From NCBI RefSeq assembly GCF_024692365.1, contig NZ_JAILMR010000007.1:121-64120 (forward strand): DNA of 64,000 nt, given 5' to 3'. Position 1 is the stretch's first letter, and the number at the start of each line of letters is the position of its first letter. The stretch comes from Ruminococcus sp. Lineage in GTDB: Bacteria > Bacillota > Clostridia > Oscillospirales > Ruminococcaceae. The notes below the pieces were generated by a model, which saw only the letters and a list, made by a program, of their open reading frames with translations, did no database searches and had not been told where the DNA came from. The translations under genes and the position numbers were made by a program. Below, in pieces: positions 8,126-17,441 of this stretch.

Positions 8126-9852
8126 TATGCTTCATCTCCTTGAGTCTTTATCTGGGAATCATAGATATCCTTGTAGACCTCGCAGTTTTTCAGCAGTGCA
8201 TCATGATTGTCACAGCCGACTATCCTGCCGCGGTCAAGCACCACTATCCTGTCACAGCTTTTTACGCTGGCGATACGCTGTGCGATGGTTATTACCGTTG
8301 TACCTTTGAGTTCTTCTCTGAGCTTAGCCCTGAGTTTTGCCTCGGTACCAAGGTCCAGTGCCGAGGTGGAATCATCGAATATAAGTATCTCGGGCTTTTT
8401 GAGAATTGCTCTCGCTATGGACATACGCTGTTTCTGTCCGCCCGAGAGGGACGCGCCCTTTTCGGCTATCATGCTGTCGTAGCCATCGGGCATACGGCTT
8501 ATGAATTCGTCTGCCTGCGCAATTTTCGCCGCTGCGATGACTTCTTCATCGGTGGCATCATCTTTGCCCCAGCGGATATTTTCGGCTACTGTTGCGGAGA
8601 AAAGCTCGCTCTTCTGCAAAACTATGCCCACTCTTCGTCTGAGGTCTTCAAGCCCCAGTTCACGGACATTTACGCCGTCAACCAGAACTTCACCCTTGTC
8701 GGCATCGTAAAAGCGGGGTATCATATTGACCAGTGAGGATTTTCCCGAACCCGTCGCGCCGAGGATAGCTATGTTCTCCCCTGCGCGGACATCAAGGTCG
8801 ATATCCGTAAGTACGGGTTCACCGCTGGATTCGGGGTATGCAAAGGTAACTCCCCTGAAAGTAACTGTACCTTTTTTAGTACCGATATCTCCGCCGTTGC
8901 CGTCCCTGATAACAGGCTCGGTGTCAAGCACCTCATTGATACGCTTTGCTGATGCGCTCGCCCTTGCCATGGTCTGGAACATCATTGAGATCATCATTAT
9001 GCCGTGAAGCACCTGTGTGAGGTAGGTTATCGCCGCCATTACCTCACCGACTTTCATCTCCTTAGCCTGCACCTGCCAGCCGCCGATATAAATTACCGCC
9101 ATCACCGAGAAATTCATTATCACCATAAGTACAGGCGAAAGCAGTGCCATGAGCTCCTGAACTTTCAGGTTAGCTTCCGTCAAGCCCATATTCGCGCCCT
9201 CAAAACGCTCCTGCTCGTGCTTTTCACGGACATACGCCTTTACAACTCTGGCACCCGTGACATTCTCCTGCATGACCGAATTCACGCTGTCCAATCGACT
9301 TGCAACTATGGCATATAGCGGGTTGGCTTTGCGCATTATAAGTATAACGATAAGGGCTTCAACAGGCAATGCCACCGCTATTATCGTACCAAAACTCCTT
9401 GCAAGAGTCAGCATCATTATTACTCCGCCAATGAACATTATTATGTTTCGTACAAATCCTCGTATCAGAAAATCCACCATCTGTTGTATCGCAGTAACAT
9501 CGGCGGTTATCCTTGTCACAAGGGAACCTGTGGTGAATTTGTCCGTCTGCTGGAATGACAGCCCCATCACACGTTTGAAGAGGTCATTCCTCACATCTCT
9601 GGAAAAACCCTGTGAGGCACAGCCTGCGAAAAACGCCGATGCAGAACCGCACAAAGCTCCGAAAATGACGGTACACAGCATTAATATGCCCGTCCTTATT
9701 ATCAGCCCGTAATCACTGCCCAGAACACCATCGTCCACTATTTTGGACATAAGCTTAGGCTGTAAAAGATCCATGGATACTTCTCCCACCATACTGAGGG
9801 GTGCCAGCAGTACAAAGGGCAGATAAGGTTTTATGTATTTTGCAAGCTTCAC
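8125..9852 (-). CDS. ABC exporter, fused permease/ATPase (subunit 1)
   Basis: 575 aa with [17 protein letters not shown] and ILIFDDSTS. There is a 1-nt stop/start overlap (TAATG) with the next gene. Confidence 0.9.
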   Translation of the reverse strand: MKLAKYIKPYLPFVLLAPLSMVGEVSMDLLQPKLMSKIVDDGVLGSDYGLIIRTGILMLCTVIFGALCGSASAFFAGCASQGFSRDVRNDLFKRVMGLSFQQTDKFTTGSLVTRITADVTAIQQMVDFLIRGFVRNIIMFIGGVIMMLTLARSFGTIIAVALPVEALIVILIMRKANPLYAIVASRLDSVNSVMQENVTGARVVKAYVREKHEQERFEGANMGLTEANLKVQELMALLSPVLMVIMNFSVMAVIYIGGWQVQAKEMKVGEVMAAITYLTQVLHGIMMISMMFQTMARASASAKRINEVLDTEPVIRDGNGGDIGTKKGTVTFRGVTFAYPESSGEPVLTDIDLDVRAGENIAILGATGSGKSSLVNMIPRFYDADKGEVLVDGVNVRELGLEDLRRRVGIVLQKSELFSATVAENIRWGKDDATDEEVIAAAKIAQADEFISRMPDGYDSMIAEKGASLSGGQKQRMSIARAILKKPEILIFDDSTSALDLGTEAKLRAKLREELKGTTVITIAQRIASVKSCDRIVVLDRGRIVGCDNHDALLKNCEVYKDIYDSQIKTQGDEA

Positions 9853-10328
9853 TTATCTTCCTCCTCCAGCAGATTTTTCAGTATCTTACGCATAGTAGCC
9901 ATCATCGCATCAAGCTCCTCCTGCGAGATACCCTTTATCATATCAGCGTCAGCCCCGCGGAATATGCTCCGCACGCTATCGACCTTTTCGCGCCCCTTGT
10001 CCGTAAGGTACACCTTCACCTGACGCATATCCTCGGTATCGGCTTCACGCCTGACCAGCCCTTCGCTCTCCATCTTGCCCAGCGCCACCGAAACTGTCGG
10101 CGCAGTCAGATGAGTGCGCTGAACCAGTTGAAGCTGGGTTGAACCCTCATTCTGAAAAAGCTCCATCAGAAGCTTGTGATGCCCGTGGGATATGCCGCTG
10201 CGCTCACACTCGCGCCTTACGCGGTGCATAAACAGCCGCGAGATGTCGTTGATGAACATCGACGGCTTTGCATCGGGTCTTTCAAGCAGCATACGCGGCA
10301 TTTTGGTATGATCGTTTTTATGACCCAC
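9849..10328 (-). CDS. MarR-family transcriptional regulator
   Basis: 159 aa with a winged-helix region (LQLVQRTHLTAPTVSVALGKMESEGLVRR). GTG start with an AGGAGG RBS. There is a 4-nt overlap with the ABC gene. Confidence 0.85.
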   Translation of the reverse strand: MGHKNDHTKMPRMLLERPDAKPSMFINDISRLFMHRVRRECERSGISHGHHKLLMELFQNEGSTQLQLVQRTHLTAPTVSVALGKMESEGLVRREADTEDMRQVKVYLTDKGREKVDSVRSIFRGADADMIKGISQEELDAMMATMRKILKNLLEEEDK

Positions 10329-10340
10329 GCTCTTTCCTCC

Positions 10341-10366
10341 TTATTAGTTAGTTTTCTAACTAATAA
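10341..10366. promoter_or_regulatory. Perfect inverted repeat, probable MarR operator
   Basis: TTATTAGTTAG-TTTT-CTAACTAATAA (11-bp arms). It lies between the RBS and the -10 of the marR promoter and overlaps the -10. Confidence 0.55.
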
Positions 10367-10391
10367 TAACACTTCCCGACCGGATTGTCAA
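10363..10391 (-). promoter_or_regulatory. Promoter of the marR-ABC operon (TTGACA-17-TGtTATTAT)
   Basis: The minus strand reads TTGACA (10391-10386), a 17-nt spacer, then TATTAT (10368-10363). Confidence 0.55.
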
Positions 10392-10438
10392 CCATTTCTC
10401 AAAAAATTCTTCCCGCCCGAAAAATTTCTACAAACCCC

Positions 10439-10467
10439 TTGATTTTTCTGAAATTATGTGCTATAAT
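10439..10467 (+). promoter_or_regulatory. Promoter of tRNA-Ser (TTGATT-17-TGcTATAAT)
   Basis: TTGATT at 10439-10444 and TATAAT at 10462-10467. Confidence 0.6.
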
Positions 10468-10490
10468 AAATAAGCTGTTTTGAACAGTAC

Positions 10491-10579
10491 GCAGATGTAC
10501 CCAAGTGGCTGAAGGGTCCGCACTCGAAATGCGGTAGGGCGGTAATACCGTCGCGAGAGTTCAAATCTCTCCATCTGCG
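10491..10579 (+). tRNA. tRNA-Ser (anticodon CGA), long variable arm
   Basis: Hand-folded. The acceptor GCAGATG pairs with CATCTGC. The anticodon stem is CCGCA/TGCGG with loop CTCGAAA. There is a long extra arm and a T-arm GAGAGTTCAAATCTCTC. No CCA is encoded. Confidence 0.85.
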
Positions 10580-10585
10580 CTTTAT

Positions 10586-10620
10586 AAAGCTCCCTCAACT
10601 TTAATATTGAGGGAGCTTTT
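10586..10620 (+). terminator. Terminator after tRNA-Ser
   Basis: AAAGCTCCCTCAA-loop-TTGAGGGAGCTTTT. Confidence 0.8.
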
Positions 10621-10684
10621 CGTTTGTATAGCGGTTTAACTATAAAAAATTCAGACAATCACGGAAAATTGAACATAAAAAGGA

Positions 10685-10713
10685 TTGATTATCCGTTTCA
10701 ACTGTGATATAAT
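10685..10713 (+). promoter_or_regulatory. Promoter of purC (TTGATT-17-TGaTATAAT)
   Basis: TTGATT at 10685-10690 and TATAAT at 10708-10713 with an extended -10. Confidence 0.6.
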
Positions 10714-10816
10714 AGAAAAGTATCATCATGAGCAGCGATGATGGCTATGTCATATCAGCTGCATCAGAACATTTGGATATACTTATCTAAAACAGAAAGG
10801 TTCGAGGTGTTTCATT

Positions 10817-11680
10817 ATGAAGAAGATCATTTCAGGCAAGGTAAGAGAGGTATACGAAACAGACGGCGGAGAGCTTATCATGGTAACTACCGACAGAATT
10901 TCCGCATTCGATGTTATTCTTGATTCCACCATACCCAACAAGGGCAAGGCGCTCAATCAGATAGCACTTTACTGGTTCGACCTTACAAAGGATATCGTTC
11001 CCAACCACATCATCACAGACGATATCTCCAAGATGCCTGCTGAAATATCACAGGACAAGGCGCAGTATGAGGGCAGAACTATCATGTCCAAGAAGCTGAA
11101 GATGCTCCCCTACGAGTTCATCGTAAGAGGCTATATGTTCGGCAGTATGTGGGGTGAATATCAGAAGACCAAGACATTCTGCGGTCAGCCCGTTGAAGGC
11201 GACTATCAGCTTGCTGAAAAGCTTGCTCAGCCTATGGTAACACCTTCTGTAAAGAACAGCGAAGGTCACGACGAGAATATCACTATGGACAGACTCAGAG
11301 CTGAGATCGGCACTGAAGAAGCTGACAGAATTGCTGATATCTGCGTTAAGATCTACAACAAGTGCTATGAAGACGCTCAGAAGAAGGGTCTGATAATCGC
11401 TGACACCAAGTTTGAATTCGGTTATGACGAGAACGGCGTTCTCACCCTCGGTGATGAGGTAATGACTCCTGACTCCAGCCGTTTCTGGGCAGCTGAGGAT
11501 TACAAGACAGGCGTTTCTCCCAGATCTTACGACAAGCAGTTCGTTCGTGACTGGCTCATCGAGAACAAGCTCAACGGTGTTACACCCGCTCCCAAGCTCC
11601 CCGAAGAGATCGCAGAGAAGACTGCTGCTCTCTACAAGGAATGCTACACCAAGATCACAGGAAGAGATTCCTACAAGTAA
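10817..11680 (+). CDS. purC: Phosphoribosylaminoimidazole-succinocarboxamide (SAICAR) synthase
   Basis: 287 aa. MKKIISGKVREVYETDGGELIMVTTDRISAFDVIL is a typical PurC N-terminus. Confidence 0.93.
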   Translation: MKKIISGKVREVYETDGGELIMVTTDRISAFDVILDSTIPNKGKALNQIALYWFDLTKDIVPNHIITDDISKMPAEISQDKAQYEGRTIMSKKLKMLPYEFIVRGYMFGSMWGEYQKTKTFCGQPVEGDYQLAEKLAQPMVTPSVKNSEGHDENITMDRLRAEIGTEEADRIADICVKIYNKCYEDAQKKGLIIADTKFEFGYDENGVLTLGDEVMTPDSSRFWAAEDYKTGVSPRSYDKQFVRDWLIENKLNGVTPAPKLPEEIAEKTAALYKECYTKITGRDSYK

Positions 11681-11690
11681 TACAAGATAC

Positions 11691-11729
11691 AAAATGTCCC
11701 GCAGTCAGGAATGGCTGCGGGACATTTTG
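11691..11729 (+). terminator. Terminator of purC
   Basis: AAAATGTCCCGCAG-loop-CTGCGGGACATTTT. Confidence 0.8.
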
Positions 11730-11797
11730 TATTATTGCTATCATTTTAGCGCACCATAATAAATTACAGTGATATAACGTTGGCTATCCGGCGTAAT

Positions 11798-11832
11798 GTT
11801 TTCTTCCCCCGCCGCAGGCGGGGGAAGAAAAC
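11798..11832. repeat. Isolated 16-bp GC-rich hairpin
   Basis: GTTTTCTTCCCCCGCC-GCA-GGCGGGGGAAGAAAAC. No flanking U run on either strand. Confidence 0.6.
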
Positions 11833-11873
11833 TGTCATGCCATTGTTAACATCTTCAAAATACTTATTCAGGC

Positions 11874-11907
11874 AAAACAAAAACCGATACCCACAAAGGA
11901 TATCGGT
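11874..11907 (-). terminator. Terminator after tRNA-Thr
   Basis: The minus strand reads ACCGATATCC-TTTGT-GGGTATCGGT followed by TTTTTGTTTT. Confidence 0.7.
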
Positions 11908-11915
11908 CATTCAAG

Positions 11916-11988
11916 AGCTGCTACCCAGATTCGAACTGGGGACCTCATCCTTACCAAGGATGTGCTCTACCACCTGAGCCATAGCAGC
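11916..11988 (-). tRNA. tRNA-Thr (anticodon GGT)
   Basis: Hand-folded on the minus strand. The acceptor is GCTGCTA/TAGCAGC, the D-arm is GCTCAGGTGGTAGAGC, the anticodon loop is TTGGTAA and the T-arm is CCCAGTTCGAATCTGGG. Confidence 0.85.
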
Positions 11989-12031
11989 TAACAGTCGGTC
12001 GTTTTGATCACTCTCGTCAACCGACTTATAT

Positions 12032-12060
12032 ATTATACACCATAGAACTTGATTTGTCAA
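12032..12060 (-). promoter_or_regulatory. Promoter of tRNA-Thr (TTGACA-17-TATAAT)
   Basis: Consensus hexamers on the minus strand (12060-12055 and 12037-12032). Confidence 0.6.
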
Positions 12061-12078
12061 GCCTTTTTTCAAAATTTT

Positions 12079-13041
12079 TTATGTTAAATTTCTTTTACCT
12101 TTTATCGCAGCCGCGATCATAGTAATATCTGTAACATTCACCTTGTTATCATGCGAACAGTCCGCTACTTTGAACTGATAATCATCACTGAATTTTCTTA
12201 AACCCTTTATATAACTTGCGATAACGACAATATCCGTAACGTTAATCTTACCATCGCCGTTGACGTCGCCGTTAGCTCTGAGCTCAACATCTTTGAGTTC
12301 GGAAGGCAGACGCTTTCCTGCGGGAACATTTTTAATCGTCCTTGTAACATAGCCACTCTTGCTTATGGTTACATCGTAGTAGCCGCGCTCAACATTTGCA
12401 GAAAACTCACTTCCACTGACATTGCAATTCACTGCGCTGCCATCGGAGCACTTGTTCAGCTTAACGCTGCAGCCTGTAAGCGCCAGAGGTTTTGTAGACT
12501 TCTTATTTGCTACAACATTTCCGCCGATTTTTCTTGTGCCGCCGCTGTAACCCTCAGTGCTGAATGTGAATGTAACTTCAACCTTTTCATTAACTGTCAC
12601 AGAGGAAGCATTAAAGGGCGGATTATTCGCAGTCTCACCGAAGCTGTTGAAAAGCTCGATGCGGAAATCGTAGTTATCTGCACCGTCATCTGCACCGTAT
12701 ACGACGGCATTAGCGTTAAAGTTCAGCTGCTTGCCGTCAACAAGTACGCGGTCAACCTTGACAGTGCCTATATCAAAATAGCAGTCCTCAAGGTCAATAG
12801 CCAGAAGACCTATGCCATTGATGCTTGTATAGTTTCCCTTGCTGTCCTTGGGCGGGATAAATGTAAGAGTGTTCTGACCCTCGGATATGGTCGTTCTGCC
12901 CCATGACTGCACACTAAGATCAGAATTCGCGAGCACTGCACGTGCAGAATACTCCTTCTTCTTTTCAGCTGATACGCATACAACGGTATTAGCGCACATA
13001 ACCATTGCTGTCAGGAATGATGCTATGTTTTTCTTTTTCAT
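12079..13041 (-). CDS. Secreted dockerin-containing protein (cellulosome/amylosome-type component of unknown catalytic function)
   Basis: 320 aa with a signal peptide (MKKKNIASFLTAMVMCANTVVCVSA). The C-terminus carries a duplicated dockerin calcium-binding repeat (GDVNGDGKINVTDIVVIASYIKG ... DCSHDNKVNVTDITMIAAAIKG). Confidence 0.8.
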   Translation of the reverse strand: MKKKNIASFLTAMVMCANTVVCVSAEKKKEYSARAVLANSDLSVQSWGRTTISEGQNTLTFIPPKDSKGNYTSINGIGLLAIDLEDCYFDIGTVKVDRVLVDGKQLNFNANAVVYGADDGADNYDFRIELFNSFGETANNPPFNASSVTVNEKVEVTFTFSTEGYSGGTRKIGGNVVANKKSTKPLALTGCSVKLNKCSDGSAVNCNVSGSEFSANVERGYYDVTISKSGYVTRTIKNVPAGKRLPSELKDVELRANGDVNGDGKINVTDIVVIASYIKGLRKFSDDYQFKVADCSHDNKVNVTDITMIAAAIKGKRNLT

Positions 13042-13222
13042 GATATTCCTCCGTTTTTACACTTGTTTTCTCTTTTTGATAGAGAGGTCTCGTTTTTGTC
13101 GTTCCTATACATTTTACAACATTAACGCTGCTTTGTCAACCTTATTCATAAAATTGGCGAAAATTGCATAATTGACGCTTAACGTCATTATATATAGAAT
13201 AATAGAAAAACGCTCGGTGAGA

Positions 13223-13882
13223 TCAATTCTCATCGGGCGTTTTTGCATTTATTGATCCTTCACGTTCGCGCTTTGAAAAAACACAGCCGCAGTAATCCTG
13301 TCGGTAAAGACCGTATATCTCTGAAAGCTCAACAGAGCGCTTGTAGCCGTTCTTTTTCTTGAAGTCAGCAGGCAGTACCGCCGTAGGATATATCTGCGCA
13401 AGTTCCTCGGATATCTCGTTCAGCTTAGCCGCATTTTTATAGGGCGAGATGGAAAGAGTTGTGGTGAAATAATCCGCACCAAGCTCCTCAGCCAGCTGAG
13501 CAGTACGTTCAAGGCGCAGACGATAGCAGGCAAAGCACCGCTCACCGCCCTCGGGGATATTTTCAAGACCTTTCACCGCATCATAGAATTCTTTCGGGTC
13601 ATAGCCGCGTTCAACGAGAGTCACAGGATTCTTCACAGGAAGTTCCGATATCAGGCGTTCAAGTTCTTTCACCCTGTGGTCGTACTCCTCAGGCGGGTAG
13701 ATATTCGGGTTATAATAAAACACCGTGATGCTGAAATACTGCGACAGGTATTCAAGCACATAGGAGGAACATGGCGCACAGCAGCTGTGCAGCAGCAGCT
13801 TCGGTGGCGGAGATGCAGGGTCAAGCCCGCGGATAATATCATCCAGTTTTCGCTGATAGTTTATTTTTACTTTCTGTTCCAT
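13223..13882 (-). CDS. queH: Epoxyqueuosine reductase QueH (DUF208)
   Basis: 219 aa with LLLHSCCAPCSSYVLEYL...FYYNPNIYP and a C-terminal CGC motif typical of QueH. Confidence 0.85.
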   Translation of the reverse strand: MEQKVKINYQRKLDDIIRGLDPASPPPKLLLHSCCAPCSSYVLEYLSQYFSITVFYYNPNIYPPEEYDHRVKELERLISELPVKNPVTLVERGYDPKEFYDAVKGLENIPEGGERCFACYRLRLERTAQLAEELGADYFTTTLSISPYKNAAKLNEISEELAQIYPTAVLPADFKKKNGYKRSVELSEIYGLYRQDYCGCVFSKREREGSINAKTPDEN

Positions 13883-13915
13883 GTACTTACCTCGCTGACA
13901 GTAGATTCTTTAATG

Positions 13916-13944
13916 ATTATATCACCCCTGCACCGCCCTGTCAA
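13916..13944 (-). promoter_or_regulatory. Promoter of queH (TTGACA-17-TATAAT)
   Basis: Consensus hexamers on the minus strand (13944-13939 and 13921-13916). Confidence 0.6.
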
Positions 13945-14144
13945 GCAGTGAGCAAAGCATATAAAAAGCAGGCGGCAGCCTTCGCTGTCACCTGATAAGA
14001 TCAAAAGAAATAAACATCGACATATCTTTCAACAAGCACACAACCGCGCAGGACTTAGGGTCGCGGGCATTCATACGTACATATCACGTATGAACGCTCC
14101 ACACCCTGAGCCAATTACCTTTCAATTGCGCAGCCGTCCTCATA

Positions 14145-14618
14145 TCAGAGTACCTCCAGCAGCTTTTTCTCCAGCTTCTCGGGGGTGGTGGCAGAAGCAA
14201 AACGCTCCACGACTTCACCCTCACGGTTAACGAGGAACTTGGTGAAATTCCACTTGATGTTATTGCCCAGCACTCCGCCGCGTTTGGATTTCAGCGCGGT
14301 ATACAGCGGTGATTCATTCTCGCCGTTTACGTCTATCTTAGCGAACTGCCTGAATGTTACGCCGAAATGTGCCGAGCAGAAAGCAACTATCTCGTCCTCG
14401 GATTCGGGTGCTTCATTCGCAAACTGGTTGCATGGGAAATCAAGGATCTCAAACCCCTTATCCTTGTGCTTTTCATACAGCTTTTCCAGTCCCTCATACT
14501 GGGGAGTGAACCCGCAGCGTGTCGCGGTGTTGACTACCAGAAGCACCTTACCCTTGTACTCTGACATTGAAACATTGTTACCCTTTGCGTCCTTTACTGT
14601 AATATCATATATGCCCAT
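14145..14618 (-). CDS. gpx: Glutathione peroxidase (Cys-type)
   Basis: Start moved to the ATG at 14618 behind GGAGG. VVNTATRCGFTPQYEGLEKLY and FPCNQF are GPx motifs. The active site is Cys, not Sec. Confidence 0.9.
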   Translation of the reverse strand: MGIYDITVKDAKGNNVSMSEYKGKVLLVVNTATRCGFTPQYEGLEKLYEKHKDKGFEILDFPCNQFANEAPESEDEIVAFCSAHFGVTFRQFAKIDVNGENESPLYTALKSKRGGVLGNNIKWNFTKFLVNREGEVVERFASATTPEKLEKKLLEVL

Positions 14619-14665
14619 AACAAAACCTCCGTTTCGCGAGTAATTGTTATACATCTTATGCTATA

Positions 14666-14694
14666 ATTATATCTGACAACAGCGAAACTTTCAA
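14666..14694 (-). promoter_or_regulatory. Promoter of gpx (TTGAAA-17-TATAAT)
   Basis: Hexamers on the minus strand at 14694-14689 and 14671-14666. Confidence 0.55.
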
Positions 14695-14972
14695 GTAACT
14701 ATTGATACTCAATTGTGAATTTTCTCTAAATAATACCGTGATTAACTTAGTAGTAAAGTCAAAATGCTCTAAGTAAACGTTACCATTTGTTCAATGTTGA
14801 TAAAAGTGCGTATCTAGGCGCATTTTTCGCTCATTAGGCGATATGTTAAATATTTTGCGCAAAATTTCATTAAGAAAAAGGTTAAAATTTTAATATATAT
14901 CACTGCATAATTCAGTCATATTTGCCCTTTCATTTACAAATTTTGCCCCTTTTTCAATTAGCCATTCTGACG

Positions 14973-15000
14973 AAAAAAGCAGCCACATTACTGTGACTGC
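14973..15000 (-). terminator. Terminator of the amino-acid ABC operon
   Basis: The minus strand reads GCAGTCAC-loop-GTGGCTGC followed by TTTTTT. Confidence 0.65.
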
Positions 15001-15026
15001 TTTCAATATCATATTGCCCAAAAATG

Positions 15027-15755
15027 TCAGACAAGTACCTTGGAAAGAAATTCCTTTAGTCTTGGATTCTGGGGATTTTCAAAGAATTCCTGAGGTGTAT
15101 TCTGCTCCATTACATAGCCGTCAGCCATGAACAGAACTCTCGATGCAACTTCCTTAGCGAAGCCCATCTCGTGAGTTACAACGACCATCGTCATGCCTGC
15201 GTCAGCAAGCTGTTTCATCAGTTCAAGCACCTCGCCTACCATCTCGGGGTCAAGTGCCGATGTAGGTTCATCGAAGAGTATAACTTCGGGATTCATAGCC
15301 AGCGCTCTTGCTATGGCGATACGCTGTTTCTGTCCGCCTGAAAGTCTGGTGGGATATTCATCAGCCTTATCGGGAAGACCGACCCTTTTCAGAAGTTCCT
15401 CAGCCTTGGCATTAGCTTCGTCTTTTGTCATAAGACCCAGTTTTACGGGAGCAAAAGTGATATTCTTTCTGATGCTCATATGCGGAAACAGATTGAAATG
15501 CTGGAACACCATGCCCATACGCTGTCTGACATGGTCTATCTCCTTTTCTTTAAGCTTTGTGATATCCTTTCCCTCGAAAAGTATCTCGCCTGCCGTAGGC
15601 TTTTCCATAAAGTTAAGGCAACGCAGAAACGTCGATTTACCGGAACCCGAAGGTCCGATGATAACCACTTTCTCGCCCTTTTCAATGTGTTCGTCGATAC
15701 CCTTGAGGACTTCTATCTCACCAAAACTTTTTTTAAGACCTTTAACGTCTATCAT
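15027..15755 (-). CDS. Polar amino-acid ABC transporter, ATP-binding protein (GlnQ-like)
   Basis: Start at [11 protein letters not shown]. Walker [10 protein letters not shown], signature LSGGQKQR and Walker [12 protein letters not shown]. Confidence 0.9.
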   Translation of the reverse strand: MIDVKGLKKSFGEIEVLKGIDEHIEKGEKVVIIGPSGSGKSTFLRCLNFMEKPTAGEILFEGKDITKLKEKEIDHVRQRMGMVFQHFNLFPHMSIRKNITFAPVKLGLMTKDEANAKAEELLKRVGLPDKADEYPTRLSGGQKQRIAIARALAMNPEVILFDEPTSALDPEMVGEVLELMKQLADAGMTMVVVTHEMGFAKEVASRVLFMADGYVMEQNTPQEFFENPQNPRLKEFLSKVLV

Positions 15756-16443
15756 TTGCAGACAGCCTCCTCTCAAGTTTGCCGACAAGGAATGTCAGGA
15801 ACATTACCATCACCAGATATACCACCGCCACCGCGATCAGGGGCAGGAACGGTGAATATGTCTGTGCACGGATCTCATCGCCGCCTTTTGTAAGGTCATA
15901 GATACCTATATAACCTGCAACAGATGTTTCTTTCAGCAGTACTATGCACTCGTTGGCAAGTGCGGGAAGAACCGTCTTTAGTGCCTGGGGCATGATGATA
16001 CTGGTCATAGTCTGCCTGTAATTCAGACCAAGGCTTCTGCCTGCTTCCATCTGACCATTGTCGATGCTCATTATACCGCCGCGGACTATCTCAGCCACAT
16101 AGGCACCCGAGTTTATACCGAATGCGATTATCGCCACCAGCGTTTTTGAAATGTTCACGCTGGCAAATACAACAAAGTATATTATTAGCAGCTGAACCAT
16201 CATAGGCGTACCGCGTATTACCGTGAGATATAATCTGCATAAGGCATCCGCGATCTTCATCTTGCCTGTTTTAAGATATGTACACCTTATTATAGCTACG
16301 ATAAATCCGAGCAGCAGACCCAGCAGCACGGCTGCGCCTGTTATCTCCAGTGTGACCACCAGACCGTCAGTAAGATACTTCCAGCGATCACCTTCTATAA
16401 AGTTCTGCCTGAAGCTTTGTACAAAGTCCATTTTTTCCTCCAA
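15742..16443 (-). CDS. Polar amino-acid ABC transporter, permease
   Basis: 233 aa integral membrane protein with HisM/GlnP-like content. It overlaps the ATPase gene start. Confidence 0.85.
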   Translation of the reverse strand: MEEKMDFVQSFRQNFIEGDRWKYLTDGLVVTLEITGAAVLLGLLLGFIVAIIRCTYLKTGKMKIADALCRLYLTVIRGTPMMVQLLIIYFVVFASVNISKTLVAIIAFGINSGAYVAEIVRGGIMSIDNGQMEAGRSLGLNYRQTMTSIIMPQALKTVLPALANECIVLLKETSVAGYIGIYDLTKGGDEIRAQTYSPFLPLIAVAVVYLVMVMFLTFLVGKLERRLSANDRR

Positions 16444-16496
16444 ATTTCAAGGGCTGTCCCCGATCGACGGGACAGCCCGCTGTATTTATCTACGGA

Positions 16497-17282
16497 TCAC
16501 TTTCTTACCATAACTACAAGATGAGTAGTTGTGTAAGAGTCGCTGAACAGAACGTTCTGCTGTCTGTCCTCGGTAACTGTCATACCTGCAACGCCAACAT
16601 CTGCCTTGCCCGACTTGACTGCGGGTATAATAGAATTGAAAAGCATATTTTCTATCTCAAGCTCATATCCCATTTTCTGACAGACAGCGGTCATCATATC
16701 AACGTCAAAACCAACGATATCCGAGCCTTCCTTATACTCATAAGGCGGGAACTCGGCATTAGTTGCCATTATCAGTTTGCCCTTGCTTGTATCGGCATTC
16801 GCATCGGGAGTGAATTTATTCTCTCCTGCGGATTCGCCGTCGTAATAATTCTTGATAGCATCAAGCGTGCCATCTTTTTTAAGTTCATCGAGAGCGGTAT
16901 TTATCTCAGCCTGAAGAGCGGTATTATCCAGATTCATCGCAATAGCGTAATCCTCATCGGCAAAGCCCTCGTCAAGGATCTGTACATCATCATTCTGGCG
17001 TAAGAATGCATTGGCTGTATCGCTGTCGATTATGACCGCATCCACCTTGCCCTGCTTCAGTGCCTGTACAGCATCTGCGTACTTGTTATATTTTTCGACC
17101 TTTTCTTTACCGTACTCATCGCTTGCGAGAGTATCACCTGTTGTACCCTGCTGCACACCTATCGTCTTGCCATTAAGATCATCGATGGAATGAACTGTAT
17201 TCTCGGGAACTTTACCGCCGCAGGCTGTCATCACAGCTGCTGAAATAACTACTGCTGCCATTGTCGCAAATGCTTTTTTCAT
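16497..17282 (-). CDS. Amino-acid ABC transporter substrate-binding lipoprotein
   Basis: Start at MKKAFATMAAVVISAAVMTACGG (lipobox). Family 3 solute-binding content. Confidence 0.85.
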   Translation of the reverse strand: MKKAFATMAAVVISAAVMTACGGKVPENTVHSIDDLNGKTIGVQQGTTGDTLASDEYGKEKVEKYNKYADAVQALKQGKVDAVIIDSDTANAFLRQNDDVQILDEGFADEDYAIAMNLDNTALQAEINTALDELKKDGTLDAIKNYYDGESAGENKFTPDANADTSKGKLIMATNAEFPPYEYKEGSDIVGFDVDMMTAVCQKMGYELEIENMLFNSIIPAVKSGKADVGVAGMTVTEDRQQNVLFSDSYTTTHLVVMVRK

Positions 17283-17347
17283 AAGAACATATCCTTTCAT
17301 TATTTCTTTACTTATTCTTACATTTAGAATAATTTACCCTCGTGGAT

Positions 17348-17376
17348 ATTATAGCATATATACAAGTGATATTCAA
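17348..17376 (-). promoter_or_regulatory. Promoter of the amino-acid ABC operon (TTGAAT-17-TGcTATAAT)
   Basis: Hexamers on the minus strand at 17376-17371 and 17353-17348. Confidence 0.55.
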
Positions 17377-17441
17377 CCATTTAGAAGAAGTTTAATAATT
17401 TTGAAATTATTTTTTGCTTTTTGTCAAATATTTGCATATAT

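Noticed and set aside
10714-10816. Purine or ZTP riboswitch, or PurBox, in the purC 5' UTR
   Set aside because: The ~100-nt leader lacks the conserved purine-riboswitch junction sequences and the ZTP pfl motif. I found only short generic hairpins.
13883-13960. preQ1 riboswitch upstream of queH
   Set aside because: The 5' UTR after the consensus promoter is only about 35 nt and has no preQ1-I/II consensus.
14145-14654. Possible selenocysteine (in-frame TGA) in the glutathione peroxidase, and the longer N-terminal extension
   Set aside because: The active site reads NTATRCGFT with an ordinary Cys codon. The GGAGG RBS fits the internal ATG at 14618, not 14654.
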